Shown piece after piece: positions 19,372 to 28,443 of a DNA stretch of 64,000 nt. The DNA is taken from positions 352,001 to 416,000 of the forward strand of contig CM000435.1 of NCBI GenBank assembly GCA_000165345.1, in the 5' to 3' direction. The position numbers and the translations under genes were made by a program. Each line of letters starts with the position of its first letter. Within the stretch, counting starts at the first letter, position 1. The notes below the pieces were generated by a model, which was given only the letters and a program-made list of their open reading frames with translations, searched no databases and was not told the DNA's origin.

Positions 19372-21336
19372 GTGAGCAATATATCGATGGCGATGGATAT
19401 CCTAAAGGCTTGCTTTCGGTTTTCTTTCCTGGGTCTTCGTTCGAATGAGCAATGGCTCGGAGAGCTGTTTAGTCTAAGCTCGGATGATCAACTGGGGTCA
19501 CAAAAGGTAGAGTTGAATTTGGATGGGCAAATATTTGGGGGTTTGAGCGTTAAACAGAGCTTAGCTTTATTGCGAGCTCGTAGTTATTTTGAATCTTTAG
19601 AGTTCACGAGAGCTTTTGGAGTCCTGAACGATGAAATTTCTTTAAATAAATCGGGTATCGCAATGTTCATGAAGAATTATTATCAATTACTTTCATTGGA
19701 ACGACAGAATACAAAGACTGATAGATTGGAGGATCTGGTGGTTCCTCCATCTGAAGCAAGTATGACTTCCTTAAAGTATTCAAAAATAGAAATGGAGGTT
19801 TTAAACTTTTTGACTTGTCTGAACAATTCAAATATGGATGAAAAACCAGAGGTTGTAGGATTATTGGAATGGTTGGTCAGTATTGTTATTTACAGACAGA
19901 ATAGGTATATGGAGGCTCTTGAGTTTCAAATAAATTCTTTAAAGAAGGACCCTTTGAATTGGAGTTGTTGGCAGGATTTGGTGAGAAATTTTATTTCAAA
20001 TGGACAAGGAAACATAGTTTCATCATTTAAGCCATGTGAAGATGTGGAAAAGAGTGATCTCAGCCAGAATGATACATTTCTAAATGAGAATTTGCATAGA
20101 AATCTTGGACTTCAACCCTTTAAAAAGAAGCAGAGTTCTGGATTATCAAGGAGCTTGAGAGATTCATCATTCAAAGACTTTTTGAATTCTCTTGGGCTGA
20201 ATGAAAGCTTGTACGCTCACTTGGCCTATGCTCTTTATCTGGAAACTACTGGGAAATGGAAGGAAGCTCTTTGCGAATATAACCAAATATCCATGGAAGT
20301 AAAAGATAACAGTCCGTATATTGAAAGTAGAATTGCCAGATGTAACAGAGAGCTTGGGGACCTTGAAACTGCATTAAAAGCTCACGATTCCATTCTTAGC
20401 AAAGACAAAGCTTACTTGGGAAATGCCATAGAACTAGCTTCCATATATTCTGAATCAAAGAATATTAAAGAACTAAATCTTCTTGCAAAAAGGTGTGTAG
20501 AGCTCTCCAAATACTCTGTTGATACTTGCGTTGTACTTGGAATCTATCATTGGCTCACTAATGATAAATACAAAGCTCTCAGATTCTACAAGAGAGCTCT
20601 TCTTATGGATTCAAGGTCAAGCCAAACTTGGGTGCTTTGCGGTTATGCTCTTCATGAATTAGGGGATATCAGGAGTTCCCTTTTTGCCTACAGAACCGCC
20701 TTGAATCTCGACTCCTCAAATGTTCAGGCCATTTTTGGAATCGCTCAAATTTATTCCAGACTTAATCTTCACGCTTACTCGATAAAACTTTACGAAAAAG
20801 CTCTAAACCAATCTCCTGGGGATGCTTTCCTTTGGTACAACCATGGAATTTCCTTGGAAAAAGCTGGGAACTACCAGGAGGCTTCTAGAAGCTTCTATAA
20901 GGCTCTTTCTTGTGAATCATCCAAGAATTCAAGCAGTGATTCTGAAATTAAATACATGGGAAAACTTTTAAAGCTTGAAACTGACCAGTGGAACCAGGCT
21001 GGATCTCTATATTGGGCCAGAAAAATTATTATCAAGGCTATAGAACTTGGATTCCTTGAAAAAGCTTCTTCTAAAACAGACTCTACTTTTGACACCAGCT
21101 ACTCGACTTACTCAGATGAAAACGAATTCTTCTCAAATTGGCAAAGACTGAGATGGTCCATAAGAATGATTCCTCAGAAGCTCCCTCTTGACCTAATTAT
21201 TGCTCTTGAATGCGTTCTTCAGTTACATTCTACACCAATAGATGAAAAGAACTCTGTTAAAAGCGAACTACTTGTTGAAAATATAAGGGAACTTTTAAAT
21301 AATCCCAAATCCTTCCAAATTTCCAAAGATTATTAG
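19372..21336 (+). CDS. TPR-repeat protein, probably an anaphase-promoting-complex subunit of the Cdc16/Cdc23/Cdc27 type
   Basis: 654 aa. The C-terminal half holds at least six tandem 34-aa TPR units (for example YKALRFYKRALLMDSRSSQTWVLCGYALHELGD and LWYNHGISLEKAGNYQEASRSFYKAL) after a non-TPR N-terminal region of about 350 aa, as in APC/C TPR subunits. Confidence 0.5.
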   Translation: MSNISMAMDILKACFRFSFLGLRSNEQWLGELFSLSSDDQLGSQKVELNLDGQIFGGLSVKQSLALLRARSYFESLEFTRAFGVLNDEISLNKSGIAMFMKNYYQLLSLERQNTKTDRLEDLVVPPSEASMTSLKYSKIEMEVLNFLTCLNNSNMDEKPEVVGLLEWLVSIVIYRQNRYMEALEFQINSLKKDPLNWSCWQDLVRNFISNGQGNIVSSFKPCEDVEKSDLSQNDTFLNENLHRNLGLQPFKKKQSSGLSRSLRDSSFKDFLNSLGLNESLYAHLAYALYLETTGKWKEALCEYNQISMEVKDNSPYIESRIARCNRELGDLETALKAHDSILSKDKAYLGNAIELASIYSESKNIKELNLLAKRCVELSKYSVDTCVVLGIYHWLTNDKYKALRFYKRALLMDSRSSQTWVLCGYALHELGDIRSSLFAYRTALNLDSSNVQAIFGIAQIYSRLNLHAYSIKLYEKALNQSPGDAFLWYNHGISLEKAGNYQEASRSFYKALSCESSKNSSSDSEIKYMGKLLKLETDQWNQAGSLYWARKIIIKAIELGFLEKASSKTDSTFDTSYSTYSDENEFFSNWQRLRWSIRMIPQKLPLDLIIALECVLQLHSTPIDEKNSVKSELLVENIRELLNNPKSFQISKDY

Positions 21337-21630
21337 CTTTTCTATATTTATATGTACATATATAATTACAACTTGACCTTTGTCTCTTGCTTTTTTGCAT
21401 TTATTGCTTCCTCCTTCCCCCCACATGCGAATTCTACTTACATTACGTGTCATCACTTGAAAGTGCATGATTTACGCGCCATATTTACCAACATTTCTAT
21501 TTACCGTTTTTTATTCTCGAAGCACAAATATTAATTTTTTTTTGAGATATCAAAAAAGTTATAGATAGTAAAACTCTGAGTGAAGATGTAAAACCAAGCT
21601 TCAAATTCAAAACTTTCGATTTGATTTGCC

Positions 21631-22740
21631 ATGAGATTTGTTTTTACTAGCGATTATAATGATGATAATTCATTATCCCATAGCTCCTATCTAAATAGGC
21701 CAAATGCATATGGATACTCAAGAAAAGAGTTCAAAGCTCGTTCACTGGAACATTCAAGCAAGACTGCAAAGAGGATTCTTAGTCATATCATTCCTGAGCT
21801 AAGTATTTCCCAATTTAATGAGTCTGTGCGTATTTTTAATGCATATTTGGAGTCCTACAAAAATACACCAAAAAGCATCCCTAGAATAGAATCTCTGATA
21901 TCAGCATCCGCATACATATCAGTTAGAAAGGATGGTGGATACCTTTCACTACTAGATATTGCATCCAGGCTTAAATCCAAAAATTATAGAAGCTTTGCTA
22001 GCCTAATTAAACGAATTTGTACTCGTCTAAGAATTAAGAATCTTCCAAATCCTTCCATTGAAGAGTCTCTAAACCACCTATGTTATAAAGTTGAAAAGTT
22101 TCTCAAAGAAAAGACGATTCAGAATGCAAATGAGCAATACCAAAAGGAAACTATAATTTTCCAAAACCCGGAGAAAGAAACTGATGATATCAGAAATTTA
22201 ATGCTAGATTCTTTAATTAAAGACTCATCCATTGATTTGGAATCCAAAAAGTTGAGAAATTACAATTCAAATCCTGGTTCTTTTTTAAACTCTATGAAAC
22301 ACCTCAAAACTAAAACCGAGGCGAAAACCTCTTTAGATTCTCTCATTAAGGCCAAAAACTTTTCTTTACTTATTCTCAAAACGATTGCCCTTGATCAAGA
22401 TCATGCTTCTTTAAATAACCATGATGACATCCTTAATCCATTATGGCTTTCTAATGGGGTTTCTAGTACTCCCATAATTTCTGCATCATTATACTTTTCG
22501 TTCAAATTATATTGTAGAAATATCTCTTTTAATGATTTACTTAAAGCTACTGGAGTCAGCAAATCATCTATAATCAAAGCCAGAAGATCTCTTTCTCACA
22601 AGCTTAGACTCATTTCTCAGAAACTCTTTCCTGGATGGCTTAGTTCTGATATGCTAAATTGTAATTCTGAATTACCTCCCACTATAATCGAATCACTTAC
22701 TAAATTAATTCAGTCTTACTATTCAAATCTTAAAACATAA
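21631..22740 (+). CDS. Hypothetical protein, possibly a cyclin-fold/TFIIB-core-like repeat protein
   Basis: 369-aa ORF. The segment IESLISASAYISVRKDGGYLSLLDIASRLKSKNYRSFASLIKRICTRLRI follows the TFIIB/cyclin repeat pattern (R..E.L.AA.LY.A.R....S..DIA...K...R.F..I...L). No N-terminal zinc ribbon. CACGTAAT and GCGCGCC motifs lie upstream. Confidence 0.35.
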   Translation: MRFVFTSDYNDDNSLSHSSYLNRPNAYGYSRKEFKARSLEHSSKTAKRILSHIIPELSISQFNESVRIFNAYLESYKNTPKSIPRIESLISASAYISVRKDGGYLSLLDIASRLKSKNYRSFASLIKRICTRLRIKNLPNPSIEESLNHLCYKVEKFLKEKTIQNANEQYQKETIIFQNPEKETDDIRNLMLDSLIKDSSIDLESKKLRNYNSNPGSFLNSMKHLKTKTEAKTSLDSLIKAKNFSLLILKTIALDQDHASLNNHDDILNPLWLSNGVSSTPIISASLYFSFKLYCRNISFNDLLKATGVSKSSIIKARRSLSHKLRLISQKLFPGWLSSDMLNCNSELPPTIIESLTKLIQSYYSNLKT

Positions 22741-23156
22741 TTATACCTAGTACTAATACTCTTTCTTCTACAAAATCTAAAATGGTCTCATATATTTATC
22801 TCTTAATCCATTATCACCTACTCTATCCCTTTCTCGCCCTCTTCTCTTTCCTAGTATTTTCTCCTACCTTCAGTTTCGTTACCTAACTCTTTAACAACAC
22901 AATACGCAAGATCAAGTTCTAAAACATCCTCCAAATCCACAATCTAATGAAATATTAACTTAAAGATATATGGTCAACTTAGAGAAAAAAAAAAGCATGA
23001 TGAAAACATATAGTTAATTCTCCTGACACTAGAATAAACAGAAATCTATTTTTCTATCTCCTGCACTAGCTTAATACTTCAATATTGAACCTTTCGCAAC
23101 TTCATATCATAGAGCAGAGAGTCGTTCCTGAAATTTTTGTGAGACTCGAAAAGATA

Positions 23157-23405
23157 TCAGTCATTCTTACGTCTGAAAGAGCAACCATCAGTAAGTTTGC
23201 ATCTTCCACCTGTTGGCTGACATAATGGAGCAGAACAGTTTCCACAAAATACAACACTCTGAGCATGACTGAAAACTGTTGTAATCTGAAGACAACCTGG
23301 ACATCTCACATCCATAAAGAAGCTGTTTGGACTTTGAATCAAACGCTTTAACTTATGTTTCTGAGCTTCAACTCTGGGATCTGGGTTCAATAAATTGATA
23401 TCCAT
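23157..23405 (-). CDS. RPS27: 40S ribosomal protein S27 (eS27), C4 zinc-finger type
   Basis: 82 aa: ...[61 protein letters not shown]. This matches eS27 ([29 protein letters not shown]...C.GC...LCQPTGGK..LTEGCSFRRK) almost position for position. E2F-like TTAGGCGGG and TTCCCGCCAA sites lie 170-220 bp upstream. Confidence 0.85.
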   Translation of the reverse strand: MDINLLNPDPRVEAQKHKLKRLIQSPNSFFMDVRCPGCLQITTVFSHAQSVVFCGNCSAPLCQPTGGRCKLTDGCSFRRKND

Positions 23406-23650
23406 TATTAACTTAATTCAAACTAAACAGCTCTAAATCTTAATTACTCTTGTACTTTTACCGTTTGTTCCTTCCTGTGTCCCAAACTTTTTGTCTGAGG
23501 TCTCAAATTTTTTGTTGCATACCCTCTTTTATATATTATTTATATATATATATATTTTATATAATAACATTTAGGCGGGTGTCTCCTTTTGCCTGCCCAG
23601 ACTCTTTTGATGTCTCGCACAGGTTCCCGCCAATTCCTCTGAGAATAATA

Positions 23651-24685
23651 TTAATCAATATTAGCCCTGAAAACTCTATAGTGATGATTTAATTCAGAAA
23701 CGCAATGTAATTTGTGGTTACTTCCAAGAAATCCTCTTTCTTTATCTTTGTGCATATAAAATACTTTTGAAATTCTGGAGTGCACTAATGCCATTGAGCA
23801 TGAAATGCAGGGCTCATGTGAGAGATATGCGATTCCATTCGTGCATAAATATTGATCTTTTAATTCTGAATCTGAAAGTATTTGATCTTCAGAAATATTA
23901 TATTTAGACTTTATTTCAATCAAGTGATCTTTGTGATCCTCATTGTTTTGGCTTCCCTGATTTTCATCTTGTATTTTAGAATCTAGTAAATTAGTCATTT
24001 TTGGCATTGATAAAGATGATGAGCATACGCGCTTACTAAAGTTATCAACGGCTTTCATAACGGAATGCATCCAAGGATAATCTGAATTCCTATTATCCTC
24101 TCCAATAGCAACAATTTTTCCCTTTAAAGTTATTACACATCCTCTTGGGGGATTTCCAATAGACTGTGCAAACTCTCCAACCTTACAAGCAAGTTTTACA
24201 AACTTATCAGATTCATGTTGTACTTGATCTGATAGTACTTCTGGAGTAAATCTTGGCTTTAAAAATGATAAAGGCCAAATTTTTGAAAGTTGGGAAAACT
24301 TTTCCCTAGTTAATGGAGGATTCTTTGGAACCTCTATTACATTCCAAATTTTATCAATATGGTTTTCTTTTAAATAATTATCAGCTTCAACAGGCAAACA
24401 CTCTTGTGTTTCACCTATTAAAATCTCTACTCTGATATCATTTGAACTGCTTGAGAAATTTCTCAATTCCAAGTCATTCTCTTTAATAACTACTTTACGC
24501 ATTCTTTTTATGTGAGGGAATCTCTTTGTAAACTGGTCATTATTAACAAATCTTGAAAATTCATTAGCTAATTTCATTGGAAGTTTTAAACTGTAAAACT
24601 TCATAAATTCAGGATCATCATAGAATGAGTCTGGAAGTACCTCTTCATACAACACAGATCCATCATTCTCATCTTTATTCGACAT
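23651..24685 (-). CDS. tRNA adenosine-34 deaminase non-catalytic subunit (Tad3/ADAT3-like), CDA-fold
   Basis: C-terminal deaminase fold. HSVMKAV replaces the catalytic HAE (Glu changed to Val, as in Tad3), followed by the PCxxC zinc motif (SHEPCISCSMAL). The N-terminal region of about 200 aa is typical of Tad3. Confidence 0.55.
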   Translation of the reverse strand: MSNKDENDGSVLYEEVLPDSFYDDPEFMKFYSLKLPMKLANEFSRFVNNDQFTKRFPHIKRMRKVVIKENDLELRNFSSSSNDIRVEILIGETQECLPVEADNYLKENHIDKIWNVIEVPKNPPLTREKFSQLSKIWPLSFLKPRFTPEVLSDQVQHESDKFVKLACKVGEFAQSIGNPPRGCVITLKGKIVAIGEDNRNSDYPWMHSVMKAVDNFSKRVCSSSLSMPKMTNLLDSKIQDENQGSQNNEDHKDHLIEIKSKYNISEDQILSDSELKDQYLCTNGIAYLSHEPCISCSMALVHSRISKVFYMHKDKERGFLGSNHKLHCVSELNHHYRVFRANID

Positions 24686-24706
24686 GTTTTACTTTTCTTT
24701 TCCTTG

Positions 24707-26212
24707 TTATTCTTGAGTTTGCGCGCCAGTCAAAAGCTTACAAATATCTAAAGCTGTCAATAATGCGGTAACTTGATTAGTTTTCTTATCAACCAGAATC
24801 AAACATTGATCTTCTGATAATAAAATATGAGAAATTGCACCACTCAAACATATATCAACCAAAAATGATGAGTTGCAACCATCATTTTCTGTGTTATCCT
24901 TAACTTGGTTTTCTTCCTTAAATTCTTTTTCATCCCCAATCTTTCTTGTATCGATTTTTGATGTTGAAATATCACTATTATTGTTATATTCAAAACAACC
25001 TTTTCCACAATTCAACCCTGATAGCTGAATCACTGTGTTTCCCAGTGTGTCATAAGCTTCTTTATTATATATATTGAAAATATTCTCAATTGAATCTTCC
25101 ATTAGTGCTTTTTCTTGATTAGAAACGCATCTTGCAAGATACATACAACACTTTTCCATAGTTAAAACTGTTCCTGTAAATGTATTGTCTTCTTCAAACA
25201 CGATTGGAATATGAGTCAATCCTTCCTTTAAAAACATTTCCAGAGCTAATCTTAATGGAGAACTTGCTTTTAAAGATTTGGGGACTTTTTTCCCCATTCC
25301 TAGATGTTTTAATACTTTATTGTGAAATACCCTACCAAAAACACTCCCTTGAGGGGTCATATCACAATCGGGATCATCCTTTTCTGCAGCAGTTGCTACC
25401 TCATCTTCTGGTTGAAATTTTTCTTTAGGGATACTTCCTGAACAAATTTGTAAATTCTGTACTAGGTCAGAAAGAATAGTTAGAGGTGAAAAATAACATA
25501 TAGGATATAATCCCATTGATTTAGATCCCAATTCTTCTTTAAAAGATTTAGACTCTGATAAATCATTTCTATCTTCAATAACCCATGTTCCCAAATCATT
25601 ATAATTAAACTCTTGATCTTTTAATTTAATTCTCTTGTAATTAGATTCCAAATCCAAACAAAGCTTTAATCCCTCATATAATGTTTCTGACATAGTAATT
25701 AGCTTTTTGGAAAGAGCTTCATTTGTATCCAAAACTTTCTTTAACCAATGCTTTATACTGCATTTTGAAAGTTCTTCTAATGTTTTGAATGGAAAATTAT
25801 CATCTATTTCTTCACTATTTTCATTTTTGACAAGAATATATAGTATATAAAAAATTAATAATGCGTCAAAGCAAGTAAAAGATCCAATAAAGCAATCTTC
25901 CAATTCATCATATACCAAAAGAGATTTTTTCTTATCCTCCAGTAAAAAACTGAGAGTAATTAATAAAGGTAGATTTGAGCTTACTGCAATAATTTTTGAA
26001 TTTTCTGGAACTGCTTCATGTATAAATCTAGACTCTAGGAAAAGTTTTAACTGATTTTGAGCTAGAATTAATAATTGCAGAAAGTGAGCTTCACTCAATT
26101 TAGAATATTCTTTAGGATCCAAGTCTTGATCAACCAAAATTGAGATTTCCAAATATTCAGACTTCTCAGGAAGGGAATAGCGCTCAAAAGTTTGTAAGAA
26201 GTCTTTGAGCAT
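24707..26212 (-). CDS. Hypothetical 501-aa protein
   Basis: Long ORF with no recognisable catalytic motif. The stop codon is only 21 bp from the Tad3 start codon. Confidence 0.45.
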   Translation of the reverse strand: MLKDFLQTFERYSLPEKSEYLEISILVDQDLDPKEYSKLSEAHFLQLLILAQNQLKLFLESRFIHEAVPENSKIIAVSSNLPLLITLSFLLEDKKKSLLVYDELEDCFIGSFTCFDALLIFYILYILVKNENSEEIDDNFPFKTLEELSKCSIKHWLKKVLDTNEALSKKLITMSETLYEGLKLCLDLESNYKRIKLKDQEFNYNDLGTWVIEDRNDLSESKSFKEELGSKSMGLYPICYFSPLTILSDLVQNLQICSGSIPKEKFQPEDEVATAAEKDDPDCDMTPQGSVFGRVFHNKVLKHLGMGKKVPKSLKASSPLRLALEMFLKEGLTHIPIVFEEDNTFTGTVLTMEKCCMYLARCVSNQEKALMEDSIENIFNIYNKEAYDTLGNTVIQLSGLNCGKGCFEYNNNSDISTSKIDTRKIGDEKEFKEENQVKDNTENDGCNSSFLVDICLSGAISHILLSEDQCLILVDKKTNQVTALLTALDICKLLTGAQTQE

Positions 26213-26390
26213 TATAAATTTTGATATATTTTATGTATAAATCATTTAATACGTTTAGGTTTCTTTTCGTTCTTTGGAGCATATTTTTGTGCAATTCCCT
26301 CTATGTATTGGAGGTAAAAAAAGTCCCGGCACAAAAAATAACCAAAATTATTAAAAAAAATAAATCAATTTTTTAATTCTTTTGTGAATT

Positions 26391-28172
26391 ATGTCTACAA
26401 AAAATCCCATATTATTTTCTGCTCTCTGTGTTGTGAAAGGATCCATTTCAACTTTGTTTGGACTATCTGGTAAAGTTTCCAAGCTTAAATTCAAGAATGA
26501 AAAGGTATCTTTTAACTATTCTCTTTCAAAGGAGATTGAAATGAATGATGATACGTTAGAGGAACTTAACAATATTATTAGTTATAAAATAAAAGAGAAC
26601 TCCTTTTTCCAAGTCTTCAAAATCCTCAGCAAAGAAGCCGCCTCGATTTATGGTAGTGAACATCTTGAAAGTGATCAAGCTATTCCGGATGATATTGAGC
26701 TCCGTATTGTAACATTGCGCAATTTTTATTTGTCTGCAACTAGAAACCCAGTATTAAGGAATACAAAGGATATTGGAAATGTTTTAATTGAAAATATTTC
26801 TTTAGATCATGAGAATTCTGCTTTACTAGTAAACTTCAAGGTTGAGAATCCTTTAGTAAGAGCTTCAGAGGAGAATTTTAAAGACCTTTGCTGTGAGGAA
26901 TATTCAATCCAAGATATTAAGGATGGAAAGTTCATTGTTCCAAGCTTAGAGGACTCTTTACCCATTTCAATAAACCTGGATATTATTGGAGATGAACTGG
27001 TAAATCCTTGGGAAGTTAAGGCTGACAATGCTTACGGAATAGATTACAATAAGCTAATCGATAAATTTGGATGCAAATTGATTACCAAAGATATGATTGA
27101 GAGAATGGAAAGATTGACAGGTCAAAAAGCTCATCATTTCTTTAGAAGAAACATCTTTCTTTCTCATCGTGATTTTGAGAAGATATTAGATGTATACGAG
27201 AAGGGTGAGCTATTTTATTTGTACACTGGAAGAGGTCCATCGTCTGAATCATTGCATGTAGGGCATCTAGTCCCATTCCTTTTTACTAAATATCTTCAAG
27301 ACACATTTAAAGTTCCATTAGTAATCCAACTGACTGATGATGAAAAGTTTATATTCAAGAGCAACTTGACGCTTGAAGAAACTCATAATTACGCATATGA
27401 GAATATGAAAGATATCATTGCATGTGGATTCGACCCAGAATTGACTTTCATTTTCACAAATCTTGAGTACATTGCAGAACTATATCCAGATATTTTGAGA
27501 ATTGAAAAGAAAATATCTTGTTCGCAAATCAAGTCCATTTTTGGATTTAAGGACTCTTGCAATGTTGGAAAGTTTGCTTTCCCAGCAGTTCAAGCTGCTC
27601 CAGCCTTTTCAAGTTCATTCCCACATATATTTGGTGGAAGAACTGATATTCATTGTTTGGTGCCCCATGCGATTGATCAGGATCCATACTTTAGAATGGT
27701 CAGAGACGTTGCCCCAAGGCTTGGATATCTAAAGCCTTCATCAATCCACTCTATTTTCCTCCCATCGCTTCAGGGTTCTCAAACCAAGATGAGTGCAAGT
27801 GTCCAAAACTCGTCTATTTTTGTAAATGATAATGAGGAATCCATTCGAAATAAAATTATGAAATATGCATTTTCTGGAGGTCAAGCTACAGAAGAAGAAC
27901 AACGTAGACTTGGAGCAAATCTTGATGTTGATGTCTCATGGCAATACCTCCGTTTCCTTATGGAGGATGATGAAAAGCTTGAAGAGATCGGCAAGAAGTA
28001 CTCATCTGGAGAAATGCTTTCCGGCGAAATTAAATCGATTCTTGTGCAAGAATTGGTTAAATTAACTAAGAACCATCAAAAGAATAGAGAGGCAATCAAT
28101 GATGATGTTATTGCCAAATTTACAAATAAAAGCCGAGAACAACTTTTGAAACTTTTCATTAACAAAAAGTAA
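26391..28172 (+). CDS. Cytoplasmic tryptophanyl-tRNA synthetase with an N-terminal extension of about 200 aa
   Basis: Class I HIGH-type motif GRGPSSESLHVGHLVPF. KMSKS-type motif KMSASVQNS. Typical TrpRS core blocks (AFPAVQAAPAFSSSFP, DQDPYFRMVRDVAPRLG). Confidence 0.9.
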   Translation: MSTKNPILFSALCVVKGSISTLFGLSGKVSKLKFKNEKVSFNYSLSKEIEMNDDTLEELNNIISYKIKENSFFQVFKILSKEAASIYGSEHLESDQAIPDDIELRIVTLRNFYLSATRNPVLRNTKDIGNVLIENISLDHENSALLVNFKVENPLVRASEENFKDLCCEEYSIQDIKDGKFIVPSLEDSLPISINLDIIGDELVNPWEVKADNAYGIDYNKLIDKFGCKLITKDMIERMERLTGQKAHHFFRRNIFLSHRDFEKILDVYEKGELFYLYTGRGPSSESLHVGHLVPFLFTKYLQDTFKVPLVIQLTDDEKFIFKSNLTLEETHNYAYENMKDIIACGFDPELTFIFTNLEYIAELYPDILRIEKKISCSQIKSIFGFKDSCNVGKFAFPAVQAAPAFSSSFPHIFGGRTDIHCLVPHAIDQDPYFRMVRDVAPRLGYLKPSSIHSIFLPSLQGSQTKMSASVQNSSIFVNDNEESIRNKIMKYAFSGGQATEEEQRRLGANLDVDVSWQYLRFLMEDDEKLEEIGKKYSSGEMLSGEIKSILVQELVKLTKNHQKNREAINDDVIAKFTNKSREQLLKLFINKK

Positions 28173-28310
28173 TTTGTTTGGTTTCAAATCAATCCTGTAG
28201 TGATTTATTTTTGTTAATATTTTAATTTAATAAGTTTGGAAATTTTTATTTAATTCCCTAGTCTATTAATTAATATATATTTTTTGCCTATTTGCAATAT
28301 TTTACCTGTC

Positions 28311-28400
28311 CACATTACGTGTAAGTAAGTAATGTACATGCATGCATGCGAATGCAAGGTGTTGCAAGCATTTGCATGTGAAGTTGAAATATGTACGTAA
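28311..28400. promoter_or_regulatory. GCATGCATGC / ATTACGTG / GCATGTG cluster upstream of PPIP5K
   Basis: cacattacgtgtaagtaagtaatgtacatgcatgcatgcgaatgcaaggtgttgcaagcatttgcatgtg. Confidence 0.5.
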
Positions 28401-28443
28401 GCTTTACTTATTATAGAACGAAGGAACGTTACTTCCAAAAAAT

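Noticed and set aside
28250-28438. 62-aa ORF in the TrpRS-PPIP5K spacer
   Set aside because: It lies entirely within the GCATGCATGC/CACGTAAT promoter cluster and is more likely regulatory DNA than coding.
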